Source: an uncultured Chlamydiae bacterium
Lineage (GTDB): Bacteria; Chlamydiota; Chlamydiia; Chlamydiales; JAJFMA01
Length of the DNA: 64,000 bases
Assembly (NCBI GenBank): GCA_963790215.1
Contig: CAWBNS010000009.1
Span: 330,953 to 394,952, forward strand
Reading direction: 5' to 3'
In this document: positions 19,096 to 28,660 of the stretch, one piece after another
Position numbering within the stretch: position 1 is the first letter of the stretch
Layout: every line of letters starts with the position of its first letter
Position numbers and translations under genes: made by a program
Notes under the pieces: generated by a model
What the model saw: the letters and a program-made list of their open reading frames with translations, nothing else
What the model was told of the DNA's origin: nothing
The model's database searches: none

Positions 19096-20866
19096 AAAGC
19101 GGCCTTGGCATTAACTTGATCAGCGTACCTGACTGCCCCTGAAAGAACATATACCCATTGTAATACGGCTGAATCATCGTCCCTTGCGTCATCGCTGGAA
19201 GCAAGGGTGAACGCGCAATCTCGTCGCCTGTCGCTGCATTTCTCCATACAGCAAAATCGTTCGAATTATTGCCTGGAATTTCTGGACCAGGAATATCCGT
19301 CCCAACCAATACACGAGTTGCTTGTGGACCTATGAGTGTGGTGAATTCTGTAGTCGTTTGATTCACTTTCCAAACAGTCTGTAAGCCGCTTGGCGTAATC
19401 GTGATCGCTGCAATTTCCCCCGGAAGCGAATCACTAGCATAAATCAAATTGTTCTCTGGATCGGCAGAAACTGACATCGGAGCCCAACTGATCGCTTGTA
19501 CACCACCAGGTCCTGCAGTGGAAAACGCAGCTTCAACCAATGTTGGAATAGGATCCCCCGCAAATGGCTGAAGCTTGAACACGATCGAAGCATCATCTTG
19601 GTTAATGGCGATCACATCTAAAGCAGTAGATGCAGGAAGTGTGTTGGTTTGGGCCACCACCCAATCATTGATCACAACAAAAGAAGTACACAACGTCTGA
19701 CCACTTACGGTAATGGTTCCTGGATCCCATGAATGATCTCGGATGAATCGGCCTTCGTCGACCTCATAGCGAATCGCTGTGGTGGGTTCCAGTAAGTAGA
19801 CATATTCTTTCCCATTAAATGTACTTATCGTGGGTCTAGCACCTACAGGATGCTCCAGAATAATCGTATCAAGAACCTCCATGGTCTGCGGATTTACAGA
19901 TAGTAAAATAGAAGAAGGAACATCCGAAGGATCCGGGCAATCTAAGAGAGCATCGGGCCCTTGAACCGAACATCCAGCCTGGCGATAGACGGACTTCATG
20001 ATGATAATACCATCAGATGTGGCATTGAACCCGTTAAAGGAAGTATTCTCAGGTAATGCAAGCCCAGTTGGAAGTTCTTTTATGTCAATAATGACCCCAT
20101 TTTTGTCGAGTTTTGCAAGACGGTAACCATAACTGACATAAATATAGCCATCCTGCAGTATCCCCATGGAACCAGGATAGTCCCAGTCATCATTAGTATT
20201 CACATTAATTAGTTGGTTGTACCAGCTGGGCCCAAGAGTGGTTGGATCTACTTTAGCTACAAATGCACCAACGGAACCTGTCACATCCCCATAGCCGCCC
20301 CCATAAATGAATATATTATCAGGATCCAAATAAGACATGTTATACCCAGATGGATACACCATAGGAGAGCTTAAAATATCTACGGTGTTATTCCCTGCAT
20401 AAGAACCTCCGAATGTGGCCTCAGGGAAGACGTGAGAACGACCTGAGTCATAGTGCTCGAAAGCCTCCAAGGAGGGGTACCACGGATAGTTAGGTGGAAT
20501 AATTAACAGATTTGCAGGAGCACTATCGCTAAGCGAAAATAGATAGTATCCTTCGCTAGTTTGCGGAAGACCCGCGACTCTATAACCGGGGTTATCTATC
20601 TTTATGCCAGCGAAGGGATACGTGTGATTGGGGATTGTGGTGGTGAGAGTTAAATTTAAGCCATTCACCGTGTAGCCTTGGCACGAGATAGGCCCACGTC
20701 CATCTAGAGCCAATTGGATATTCAAAGGGCTGGTTGCGGCTGCCTCAGAAATATCAAAAAACGATCCATTAGTCGCGTAACAATTCCCCGTGATAGTTAG
20801 TGGTATCAGTAAGAAAGAGTTTTTAGCAAAATTAAATAGAGATCGAAAAAAACAGCGCATTCGCAT
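19094..20866 (-). CDS. Secreted protein, probably beta-propeller-like, unknown function
   Basis: 590 aa with an N-terminal leader and repeated short beta-strand/turn pattern (GYIYVSYGYRLAKLD, NLIYASDSLPGEIAAI). Overlaps the upstream OMP gene by 35 nt. Confidence 0.55.
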   Translation of the reverse strand: MRMRCFFRSLFNFAKNSFLLIPLTITGNCYATNGSFFDISEAAATSPLNIQLALDGRGPISCQGYTVNGLNLTLTTTIPNHTYPFAGIKIDNPGYRVAGLPQTSEGYYLFSLSDSAPANLLIIPPNYPWYPSLEAFEHYDSGRSHVFPEATFGGSYAGNNTVDILSSPMVYPSGYNMSYLDPDNIFIYGGGYGDVTGSVGAFVAKVDPTTLGPSWYNQLINVNTNDDWDYPGSMGILQDGYIYVSYGYRLAKLDKNGVIIDIKELPTGLALPENTSFNGFNATSDGIIIMKSVYRQAGCSVQGPDALLDCPDPSDVPSSILLSVNPQTMEVLDTIILEHPVGARPTISTFNGKEYVYLLEPTTAIRYEVDEGRFIRDHSWDPGTITVSGQTLCTSFVVINDWVVAQTNTLPASTALDVIAINQDDASIVFKLQPFAGDPIPTLVEAAFSTAGPGGVQAISWAPMSVSADPENNLIYASDSLPGEIAAITITPSGLQTVWKVNQTTTEFTTLIGPQATRVLVGTDIPGPEIPGNNSNDFAVWRNAATGDEIARSPLLPAMTQGTMIQPYYNGYMFFQGQSGTLIKLMPRPL

Positions 20867-21566
20867 AACAATTTCCAGTTTGTAAAGTGTTCTTTAGTTG
20901 ACTACTCGCCTTTTTAAGTTCGCCCTGACCTAGGTAGAAAAAACGGTAATCAATTTCGAGAGCGAGATTTCCCAAAACATTATTAATCCGCACGCCCACA
21001 CCTGCTGTAGCACTGAAAACAACGACGTTTTTTCTAGAAAACAGTACATCAGGAACAGTGAGACCTCCGTCAAGGGAGTTTTCTTTGAAACCTCCGACGC
21101 TCATAACGTTAGGGCCAATACCTAAATCGATGGTGAGGTCATAGCGCGTGTTGCAGGGAATCAACGCCTTTGCCGCAAAATAGATTGGGTAGTTCGTGCA
21201 GGAATATTGATAAGATAGGTTAGTGAACAAGCTTTCTTGGGTCACATTACCCGTTACCTTTGTGGGTGCCAAATAGAAAGCGTTTATCCCATAACGTAAA
21301 TCCACGTTAGGACTATTTAACCAATCAAAATAGTAACCAACCCCAAAAAGAATATTTTGATCGGAGCACTTCTTTACACTAAAGTCATCTCCAATCAGTC
21401 CATCAATATTTATATGCTGTGACTTTCCTTGTGTTGCCGAAAACCAACCTAGCTGAAATACAGGGTCTCCTGGAATATCAACGAAAGCCGCAAGGGGATT
21501 TAAGCTTGCTGTGAAACTCCACAGAATGATCAAAAATTTGTGACAGAAAGAATATCTCGATTTCAT
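20832..21566 (-). CDS. Outer-membrane beta-barrel protein (same family as 13489..14244)
   Basis: Has a signal peptide. Shares the ..GVG(V/L)....YRF...G pattern with the 13489 OMP. The track start at 21572 is TTG, and an ATG lies at 21566. Confidence 0.6.
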   Translation of the reverse strand: MKSRYSFCHKFLIILWSFTASLNPLAAFVDIPGDPVFQLGWFSATQGKSQHINIDGLIGDDFSVKKCSDQNILFGVGYYFDWLNSPNVDLRYGINAFYLAPTKVTGNVTQESLFTNLSYQYSCTNYPIYFAAKALIPCNTRYDLTIDLGIGPNVMSVGGFKENSLDGGLTVPDVLFSRKNVVVFSATAGVGVRINNVLGNLALEIDYRFFYLGQGELKKASSQLKNTLQTGNCYANALFFSISI

Positions 21567-21696
21567 GAACAAGCTCGATTAGGTAGTGCGACCTGGGAGT
21601 TTTGTGAAATCTCAGAGCGCTGATTATTGCTAAGAAGTAGTTCTATCGTCAAAGTGAATATGCGTCAATCAAACATTTCATTACACATTCCTACAG

Positions 21697-21758
21697 AAAA
21701 TTGTGTATTTGAAATACACAATTTTGGCCAAAACCGTGCATTGACAATGCACGGTTTT
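21697..21758. promoter_or_regulatory. Two adjacent perfect palindromes in the divergent promoter region (candidate operators)
   Basis: aaaattgtgtat-ttgaa-atacacaatttt (21697-21725) and aaaaccgtgcatt-gac-aatgcacggtttt (21730-21758), 30 nt upstream of the ATG at 21788. AGGAG RBS at 21777. Confidence 0.45.
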
Positions 21759-21787
21759 TACAATATGGTGGAGTAAAGGAGCAAAAT

Positions 21788-23071
21788 ATGGGTCGAGAGA
21801 TTCTCAAGCAAGTCGTCATGGATCAGCTCAAATATCGATCCCCTAAAGATTTTTATCCTCGCGCGTTGACCGAAACGATCCAGCGTTTTGCCAATGATCC
21901 TAACATCATTATCCTCAGCGGAATCCGAAGATCAGGAAAATCAACCATCCAACGGATGTTGCAATTGGAGTTAGTCGCTACAAATCAACCGGCAGACTAC
22001 TACTTTAACTTCGACGATGAACGGCTTGTACAGTTCCAGTTGAGCGATTTTCAAGCACTGCTAGAGGTGTTTATCGAGCTTTTCGGAGATCAGCCCAGAT
22101 TTTATTTTGATGAAATCCAGAACATCGAAGGTTGGGAACGTTTTGTCCGAAGATTGTATGAGCAGGGAAAAAAGATCTATATCACAGGGTCAAACGCGAG
22201 ACTCCTAAGCAAAGAATTGGGAACGCATTTAACAGGTAGACACATTCAATTGGAGGTGTTTCCACTCTCCTTTTTTGAAATTGTAGGCCATCGGTATCCG
22301 GAAGCATTAAATAAAAAAGCTCTCTCGACAACCGATGTTGGCATGGTGTTACACCATTTTTCCAACTATCTAAAAAATGGAGGGATTCCAGAATACGTAG
22401 AGTTTGAGAAAACAGAATACCTCAAAGATTTGCTCGACGGAATTCTCTACCGTGACATTATTGTTCGTTACAAAATTCATGATGAAAAAGCGTTGCGAGA
22501 AACTGTCTACTACTTAGCAAGCAATATAGGAAAAGAGTTTAGCTACACAAATCTGGCCAAAACGGTAGGTATAGTTAGCCCTCATACCATCGCAAATTAT
22601 TGCGATTATCTGGAACAGTGTTATCTCTGCTTTTTTGTCTGCCGCTACAGCCACTCTCTCCAAAAGCAAATTCAATCCAATAAAAAATGCTACATGATCG
22701 ATTCCGCTCTGATTCGAACAACTGGATTTCGAGTAAGCGAAGACCGGGGACGCCTCTTGGAGAATGTAGTATTTCTTCATCTCAGGATGCAGATGAAGGA
22801 AATCTATTTTCACAAAGACAAAAAAGAATGCGACTTTGTAGTAAGAGAAAGAAACCGGATCGTTCAAGCTATCCAAGTGACCACAAGCCTCTCAGATCCT
22901 GTGGTCAGAAAGCGAGAAATCGACGGGCTTATGGAAGCCATGAAGGCGTATCAATTACAAGAAGGAATCATCCTCACGGAAAATGAACACGATTCTATCG
23001 AGAAAGATGGGTTTCTGATCTCGGTGATTCCAATCTGGAAGTGGCTACTATTTCAGCAAAAAAAAGATTGA
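21788..23071 (+). CDS. AAA-type ATPase with DUF4143-like C-terminal domain (paralogue of 11597..12793)
   Basis: Walker A SGIRRSGKST and Walker B YFDEIQ. 427 aa. Confidence 0.75.
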   Translation: MGREILKQVVMDQLKYRSPKDFYPRALTETIQRFANDPNIIILSGIRRSGKSTIQRMLQLELVATNQPADYYFNFDDERLVQFQLSDFQALLEVFIELFGDQPRFYFDEIQNIEGWERFVRRLYEQGKKIYITGSNARLLSKELGTHLTGRHIQLEVFPLSFFEIVGHRYPEALNKKALSTTDVGMVLHHFSNYLKNGGIPEYVEFEKTEYLKDLLDGILYRDIIVRYKIHDEKALRETVYYLASNIGKEFSYTNLAKTVGIVSPHTIANYCDYLEQCYLCFFVCRYSHSLQKQIQSNKKCYMIDSALIRTTGFRVSEDRGRLLENVVFLHLRMQMKEIYFHKDKKECDFVVRERNRIVQAIQVTTSLSDPVVRKREIDGLMEAMKAYQLQEGIILTENEHDSIEKDGFLISVIPIWKWLLFQQKKD

Positions 23072-23159
23072 AGGACGTAATTGCAGAATTTTTCTTGGCT
23101 AGCTTTTTACACGATAAAAACGCCCAATCGTTAGGATTTAGATAAACTCGATTCTTATT

Positions 23160-23828
23160 CTAGAAGGAGTATCCAAGTCCTCCGCCAAATGTAAAGCCTC
23201 CAATTTGAATATTTCTTGTATAGACGTAGGGATTTGCCTGCCATGAAAATGCGTTTTAGCATAAGAGTACTCTCCGAAAATATCGATCACAAAGCAATTG
23301 TCGTAGGGCGTAGTTGAAGCCTGTATTTACAAAAAAGCCAAGACCATTTCTTGATTTATTTTTGTAGACATAGGAGGAATGGTTGTTCTGGTGAATATAG
23401 AAATAGCGAGGTCCAATAGCGAAATAATAGTTGCATATTAGCCATTAATTGCGTAGACAGGCTTTAAGACCGATATTGACTGGAACAGACCATAACGATG
23501 TTTTTTGATGTCCATTAATTGATTTGCCTGAACGGTGAAAATACTCTACAGCACCATATGCATTAAGGGTCCATCCTTCGTCAGATTCCATAAAGGATAA
23601 GAAGCACATAATTGAATATCCAATCCGCCTCTGATCATAGATCTTGCTCATTTTGGAATCAGAGAAAAAGAAATAGCCCGTTTTGACTTCAAATAATGGT
23701 TGAGAAAAACAGCATGGTGTGGTCTCTTGCGTAAGTTCACTGCAAGATTCCTGCGTACAGATATTGCTGACAAGATAGCAAGCAAGGACAAAGAAATATG
23801 TTTTGAACTTGAAGAGTGATTTTATCAT
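23160..23828 (-). pseudogene. Beta-barrel OMP gene with two in-frame TAA codons
   Basis: A single frame runs from ATG 23828 (MIKSLFKFKTYFFVLACYL leader) to ...GGGLGYSF-TAG at 23160. In-frame stops lie at 23445-23447 and 23256-23258, from hand translation. Confidence 0.6.
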
Positions 23829-23844
23829 TTTATGTCTCTTTAGT

Positions 23845-26385
23845 TTAAGGTGTGATGACGATATTGACGGTGGGCTTTCGTCGCCTGTCTGAGTTAAATG
23901 CTGTAATGGCATAGGTGTAAGTAACTCCCTTTTTTCTATTGTGATCTTGATAGGTATAGGTAGAGGCATTTACCGTTGCGATTTTCTGTTCCATCACGAT
24001 AAATAAAATAACCGGCGACATCGGATGATGGACTCGGTGTCCATGTCAGTTGATTATAGAGTTCATATTCAAGTCCAAAGTCATTTTTCTTTTGCTTACC
24101 TTGAAGATTTGAGGTGGTCCAAAAGGCTTGAATAGCCTAAAAAATCCAATTGCACAAATGTAGGATTCCCAGCTGGTAAATAAGAGAGCGAATAATTCGG
24201 AGTTGGTCCCGTAAAGGTGACGGAATCAAAGGTACCTGTAATGCCAGATGAAGTGAGAATTATGTACGTTCCTGGCTGAGCGTTTGGATCTAAGGTCGAT
24301 CTCCAAGGTACCTGCTAACGATGCGGGTCCAGTAACAGAAACGACGGACGATGTGCTGCTGGAATCGATTTCGATATGTACAAGGCTTCCAAGGGTCGCC
24401 GTGACGGATCTGCTGAATTTAGGGTCAAACTACCAAGAGTGAGCGTTTCTCCGGTAGTCTGGAGAGATTGTTCCGGAATTGACAAAGACATTTCCGGTCA
24501 AGGTCCCAATCCCACTCAACGTACCTCTTTGCGAACTAAAGCCAATGTTTCTACAGACAAAAATGGATGCTGTCGTCGATCAGTCCATTCACTTTGAAAT
24601 TCGCATTGTTGATCGTGATAGTCCCTTGATAATCCGTGTTGTTCCATTGTAAACAACAGTTCCATTTCCTCTGACAAAGACGCTTGTTCCTCCTGCACCG
24701 AAACTGGTGTCATCAGTAAACGCAACTTGATCACCGAGTGTCAAAAGATCATCAGCATCGTGCGCCATAAATGTGAGAGAAGAACCTGTGCGCAGGAAAA
24801 TACTATTTCCCAATGCAGATCCATCGGTACCATCTGTCCCTCCAGGGCCGCCAGTTCCATGCGTTCCTGCTTGTGTCGTATTGTTTGATGTATTGAAAGA
24901 TGGTTGGAATCCCTGAAAGTGCTTGTATAGTGAAATTCAAATTGCTATCCACAAAGATAGCACCTCCAAGACCGCTTCCTCCGCCACCACCTCCGCCTCC
25001 AAAGCCAGATCCGGTAAGTATCTGGCACCACTCCCTCCAGATCCTCCACCAAGATTTCCTATATCAGTTCCACCTGATGGCATTGAGAGCCATTTGAGGG
25101 ACCGCCACCTCCACCACCGCCTCCTCCAAGAGAATTGCCCGCCTTCCGCAGGTGTCGTACCCGATTGGTTGACTCCACCGCCGCCGCCGCCACCGCCAAC
25201 CCCTCCTGATCCACCTTGTACAGTATAGTCTGTATCATAAGCGCCGGTGCCAGCACCACCACCACCGCCACCGCCATAACCACCACTTCCAGCTTGTCCG
25301 TCAACCCCATTGGTAGAATTCGTTATGACGACTCCACCTCCACCACCTCCACCACCATCTCCTCCATTGCCTCCGGAAGGTACAGCGCTACCTCCTGGTG
25401 GTATAGATACCTTGAGGCTGCAGCTCCATCCGATCCCAAGCTTCCACCACCACCACCTCCAGAAGACTGATCCACTCACCTCCACCGCCACCACCACCTG
25501 CATTGTTTCCTCCATTATTACCTCCTCCACCAGAACCAGCGGTAATTGTGAGACCATAACCGTTTCCATCCGATCCGGGGTCCTGATCCGAGCCTCCATT
25601 TCCCAGATTCGTGAGCGTTCCCATGGTGGCGCGAGATCCTAGGCCACCACCTCCGCCGCCGCCACCGCCAAGTGGGTCGTTGGTCGAAAGAGTGACATCT
25701 CCACCATCTCCACCAAAACCGCCACCACCAGCGCCTCCAGTGCTTCCAGTGGTTGTAATAGAACCTCCATTTCCGCTAAAGCCACCACCACCACCACCAC
25801 CCTCATTGCCTGTGGAAGAGAGACCCTAAATAACTTCCTCCATTTCCACCAACAGCAGAGCAGTTGTTGATCGATACATTAATCAAGGTGATTGAAGGAT
25901 TCGAACCATTTAAAAAGGATTGAGGTGCGTAAATGGCTCCTCCGGCACCCATGCCGCCGCCGCCGCCCGAAATTCCATCTCCGCCATTGCCTCCTTTTGC
26001 GGTCAGGTTTTGAAAGATCATGTTTTGGATCGTCACATTTCCCATGGGAATAAAAAATCCGCTGTAAGCGCCACTATTACCGTCAATTGTGACTGTAGGA
26101 ATAGAGCCTGGATTGCCAATTGTGATATTCACAGGATTTGAGGAATTGTTAATAATCGGCAGAATTCCATTGAGTTGAATCGTCATCGGAAAGGCAAAAA
26201 CAATCGCATAATCATCGGGTGTTGTGTTTAAATCTTGATTCATGGAATTCAAGCAATATCTCAGATCGCCTACATCTCCAATACCGCCCGGATTATTATC
26301 TGTGCTTAGTGTTACATGGAGCGTTGTTAGAGCGAACAAGGAATGTGAAGTGAAAAGAAAAATCCAAATATTTGAACTTGAACAT
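23845..26385 (-). pseudogene. Gly-rich beta-helical adhesin (Pmp-like, GGAIYA motif) with C-terminal Fn3-like domain, disrupted by several frameshifts
   Basis: The N-terminal ORF 25803..26339 has passenger-like repeats. Gly-run segments continue in all three minus frames (ORFs 25388..25624, 24937..25599, 25059..25310, 24589..24813). It ends with YTYAITAFNSD...VNIVITP-TAA at 23845. Confidence 0.55.
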
Positions 26386-26437
26386 GAGAAACCCTATGAT
26401 TGATTCTTTTTTAGCATCATAGTGTGTTAAAAAAAAT

Positions 26438-27319
26438 TTATTCAATCGACTTAAAATTTGGAAGAGGAGAAAGTTCGATTTTTTGAGGAGTGTAGTTAGG
26501 TCTCATAGCAAATGCTATCGTTGCATATCGAATTTTGCCACTTTGTACGACAATGTGAGGAGTTGGGTAGATGGAAAATTCTGTTAGAAGCGCTCCAGGA
26601 ATGAGTAGGATAGAATTTTGATTGTTCTCTCTGGAGAACTCCCTTAGAGGGGAAGAAAAATCATCGACCGTGAATGAAGATTTATAGGGAGAAAGAAGAA
26701 GCGATTGGTTGTCCGTGCTATCAAGAAAAAGGGAAAATGCAGTGCCATCATAATGAGGCCTTGTGGCCATGTAAGAGGGGAGATATTTGATTACCTTGAA
26801 AAGGATCGGGGGATGACCGTCATTTCGAAGAGAAAATCGTTTCTAAGCCTAATTCAGCTGCCGCCTCGCTAGAATAGATTTCCATATGGTTTTTGGATCT
26901 CGACAACACACTTCAAAAAAACGAATAATTTCGGGAACCTGATTGAATTCTGGATAATGAGAGCAAATAAATTCATGGAAATGGGTCGAATAATAGAAGG
27001 CGATTTGGCTTCTTCCTTCTCTTTCTGATTCGTCGTAGAAACCAAAAAAATCGGTGGAGTAGTAATTTCTATCTTTTGAGCGAATAAAACGTTCTTTTGC
27101 GCTGTATAATTTTTGTGCCCAAACTGGATTTGTTTGAAGAAATTCGATGAGCTCATCAAAATGTGCATACAGAGAATCAAACGTTGCCGTTCCATGATTC
27201 TTATTGCAAATTTCTAAATAACCTGCTTGCTTAAATTGTTCTGCAAAAGGTATTGCACAAAGAGATTGAAATGCAAACAAGAGAAAAATCAAGAGTGATA
27301 ACGTGTTAGTGGCAATCAT
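26438..27319 (-). pseudogene. 2OG-Fe(II) oxygenase-like gene interrupted by two in-frame TAG codons
   Basis: ORFs 26849..27319 and 26438..26770 share one frame, separated by TAG-GCT-TAG (26843-26851). The C-terminal part has HYD...PTPH...RYATIAF, an HxD..H..R triad pattern. Confidence 0.5.
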
Positions 27320-27425
27320 GGATCCATCGTATAAATTATGCTTTTAATTTGTCATATGAAATTTCCCCGTTAGACAAAAATCGCTAAAAATTGCCATACT
27401 CACTCTTAAAAACTGGTACAGATTC

Positions 27426-28226
27426 TTGTCTAAAACATTCTCTACACCCATCGTTTCCACTTCAATATGGATAATAACGCTAGCCCTTCTCGGCTGCTCG
27501 TCTTGCTTCGGGGATGAAGAGAGTTTTATTCTCGTTCATGGTCCCACAAACCAGGTAGTAAGGGAGTTTGGATCCAATCTTTATGAACAGGTCACTCCTG
27601 CCTCATCTTTTAAAATCGTTCTGAGTTTAATTGGATATGACGCTGGTATTCTGACAAGCGAATCGGTTCCTGCCTGGGAGTTTCAAGATGGTTATGACGA
27701 TGCTAATCAGGATTGGAAATATGCTCAAACCCCTTCTTCCTGGATCCAAACGTCTTGCATTTGGTACTCAAAACTCATTTCGATGAAATTAGGACTTGCA
27801 CGGCTACAAGAATACCTCACACTGTTCGAATATGGAAATCAAGACCTGTCTGTTGGTATCATTTTTCCTGGGCCAGAGAACCCTGCCTGGGCAAGCTCCT
27901 CCTTAAAAATATCCCCTAAAGAACAAATCGTATTTCTTCAAAATATGCTACAAGGAGCGCTTGTCTCAGAGCACGCCCTACAAATGACGAAGGCGATTTT
28001 GTTCAGAGAAGAGCTGTCGGAAGGGTGGAAACTATATGGGAGAACTGGAACCGGTATCAATATCGATGACCATGGCTTAAAGGTAAGATGGTTTGTCGGA
28101 TGGATAGAAAAATCTGATCAGACTTTTCCGTTTGTCTATCAAATCCGTGCTAAGACAATTGACAACTCTTTACCCATTTTACGAGTTAAGCAGTTGATGA
28201 AGGAAAGTCGGTGTTTCTCGATCTGA
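27426..28226 (+). CDS. Class D (OXA-type) beta-lactamase / BlaR-sensor-like penicillin-binding domain lipoprotein
   Basis: Lipobox LLGC, PASSFK (SxxK), FEYGNQD (YGN) and GRTGTG in place of KTG. TTG start is uncertain. Confidence 0.65.
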   Translation: MSKTFSTPIVSTSIWIITLALLGCSSCFGDEESFILVHGPTNQVVREFGSNLYEQVTPASSFKIVLSLIGYDAGILTSESVPAWEFQDGYDDANQDWKYAQTPSSWIQTSCIWYSKLISMKLGLARLQEYLTLFEYGNQDLSVGIIFPGPENPAWASSSLKISPKEQIVFLQNMLQGALVSEHALQMTKAILFREELSEGWKLYGRTGTGINIDDHGLKVRWFVGWIEKSDQTFPFVYQIRAKTIDNSLPILRVKQLMKESRCFSI

Positions 28227-28352
28227 ACAGAAGAAAGGCGTCGTGTTTTTCTAGACTGGACTAACTGGACGATCTCAGGCGATTGCAGAATTTTGCCTGA
28301 TAAAAAATTTGGATAGCAGATTTGTCGCCAAAGTAATTCTTCTTTTTTCTCT

Positions 28353-28432
28353 CCAGGGTGACAGGGTAGAATTAAAATTAGTTAAAATTTATTGAAATTT
28401 TCTATTTATCCTGTTCATCCTGTTATCCTGAA
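28353..28432. repeat. CAGGATAACAGGAT-type short palindromic repeat (same family as 48779..48868)
   Basis: ttctatttatcctgttcatcctgttatcctgaa matches the reverse complement of 48779-48815. Confidence 0.6.
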
Positions 28433-28512
28433 AAAATTAAGAAATCTGCTTTTGAATTTGGATCCTAGGTGGAACTTGCAACAACCGTTCAATTAATGAC
28501 TGAAGCCTTAAA

Positions 28513-28645
28513 ATTGAATTGGAGAGAATTGAACTCTCGTCCCTAGCAGACTCTGATGCGCACTACACGCTTAGTGCTCTCTGTTTTTGAGTAGCTTCTT
28601 ATGCGAACATCCAAAAGTGCCCTAAGAGCGTCGGGCACTTCCAAA
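28513..28645 (-). other. Displaced partial copy of the ssrA (tmRNA) 3' region, att-like island boundary
   Basis: ggagagaattgaactctcgtccctagcagactctgatgcgcactacacgcttagtgctct...agagcgtcgggcacttc aligns with 32331-32490 of ssrA in the same orientation. It has an internal deletion and lacks the acceptor end. Confidence 0.75.
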
Positions 28646-28660
28646 GCTGACTCTTCACCC

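Noticed and set aside
18939-19247. 102-aa minus-strand ORF and 7286..7489 (67 aa).
   Set aside because: The first spans the intergenic palindrome and overlaps the 3' end of the 590-aa gene in another frame. The second spans the GC hairpin and overlaps tRNA-Val. Neither has supporting signals.
21743-21766. TTGACA (in the loop of the second palindrome) plus TACAAT, as a sigma70-type promoter for the ATPase gene.
   Set aside because: Only 12 nt separate the two hexamers, well short of the 16-18 nt optimum. I kept only the palindromes as a regulatory candidate.
24900-25829. Plus-strand proline-rich ORFs (PPPPPPPP...), e.g. 24923..25228, 25310..25642 and 25611..25829.
   Set aside because: They are the complement of glycine-codon (GGN) runs of the minus-strand adhesin remnant. 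There are no starts with RBS, and the minus strand carries recognisable beta-helix passenger sequence.
23160-27319. Stop-codon reassignment (TAA or TAG read as sense) as an explanation for the in-frame stops.
   Set aside because: TAA and TAG terminate many clearly intact housekeeping genes in this same window at expected protein lengths, such as the DASS transporter, lepA and purA. Pseudogenisation or sequence error is far more likely.
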